From NCBI RefSeq assembly GCF_022045235.1, contig NW_027266275.1:69006001-69070000 (forward strand): a stretch of 64,000 bases of DNA. The letters run 5' to 3'. This document shows positions 63,651-64,000 of the stretch, piece by piece. A program made the translations under genes and the position numbers. This DNA is from Haliotis cracherodii (Eukaryota). Below the pieces are notes generated by a model, which saw nothing but the letters and a program-made list of their open reading frames with translations, was not told the origin of the DNA and ran no database searches. Each line of letters starts with the position of its first letter. Position 1 is the stretch's first letter.

Positions 63651-63820
63651 CAGTAAACGGTTATAACGAACTCAAGGGGGCACCAATTTTAGTTCGTTAT
63701 AACCGTAGTTCGTTAAAAGCCTTACTACAGCATGGATACACCAGTGGCAGGGACATAGAAATAAGTTCGTCATATCCGTCAGTTCGTTATAGGCGTGTTC
63801 GTTATAAACGTAGTTTACTG
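63651..63820. mobile_element. MITE copy 4
   Basis: TA|CAGTAAA...TTTACTG; the right-hand TA is missing. Confidence 0.8.
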
Positions 63821-64000
63821 GGTCACAGACGGCTAGCGACCTCTCAGATGTAACTGCCCCTAAAGCTATTTCAGCAACCCTTTCACCAACACCCTTGCGT
63901 ATGGAACCTCGGTTACCATTTTTAATACCCTCTCATTATATCTCAATCTATTTGTTTTTGACGTGTGGTCATACCGACATAGTGTACCGTATTCCTTGTC

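Overview
Eukaryotic, repeat-rich animal genomic DNA, most likely a mollusc (abalone-like gastropod; inferred from SINE architecture, not confirmed). The only well-supported gene is the 3' part of a spliced + strand gene at 6-3759: four phase-1 exons, each encoding one Cys/Lys-rich module, with a poly(A) signal at 3894. The rest contains four SINE-like families (labelled A-D here) with related 3' tails, a TA-flanked MITE family, a decayed Tc1 transposon, a decayed Penelope-like RT 3' end, seven satellite arrays and two N-gaps. Nearly all ORFs in the supplied track are repeat artefacts. The most interesting signals are: (1) family C has no tRNA head but starts at a fixed 5' position with a ~70-nt pseudoknot-capable fold showing compensatory changes between copies, a candidate ribozyme or internal promoter; (2) A/B SINE insertions almost always land at TCA targets matching their (ACTC)n tail; (3) an exon-per-module Cys-rich protein I cannot assign; (4) a ~300-bp templated insertion inside a SINE.
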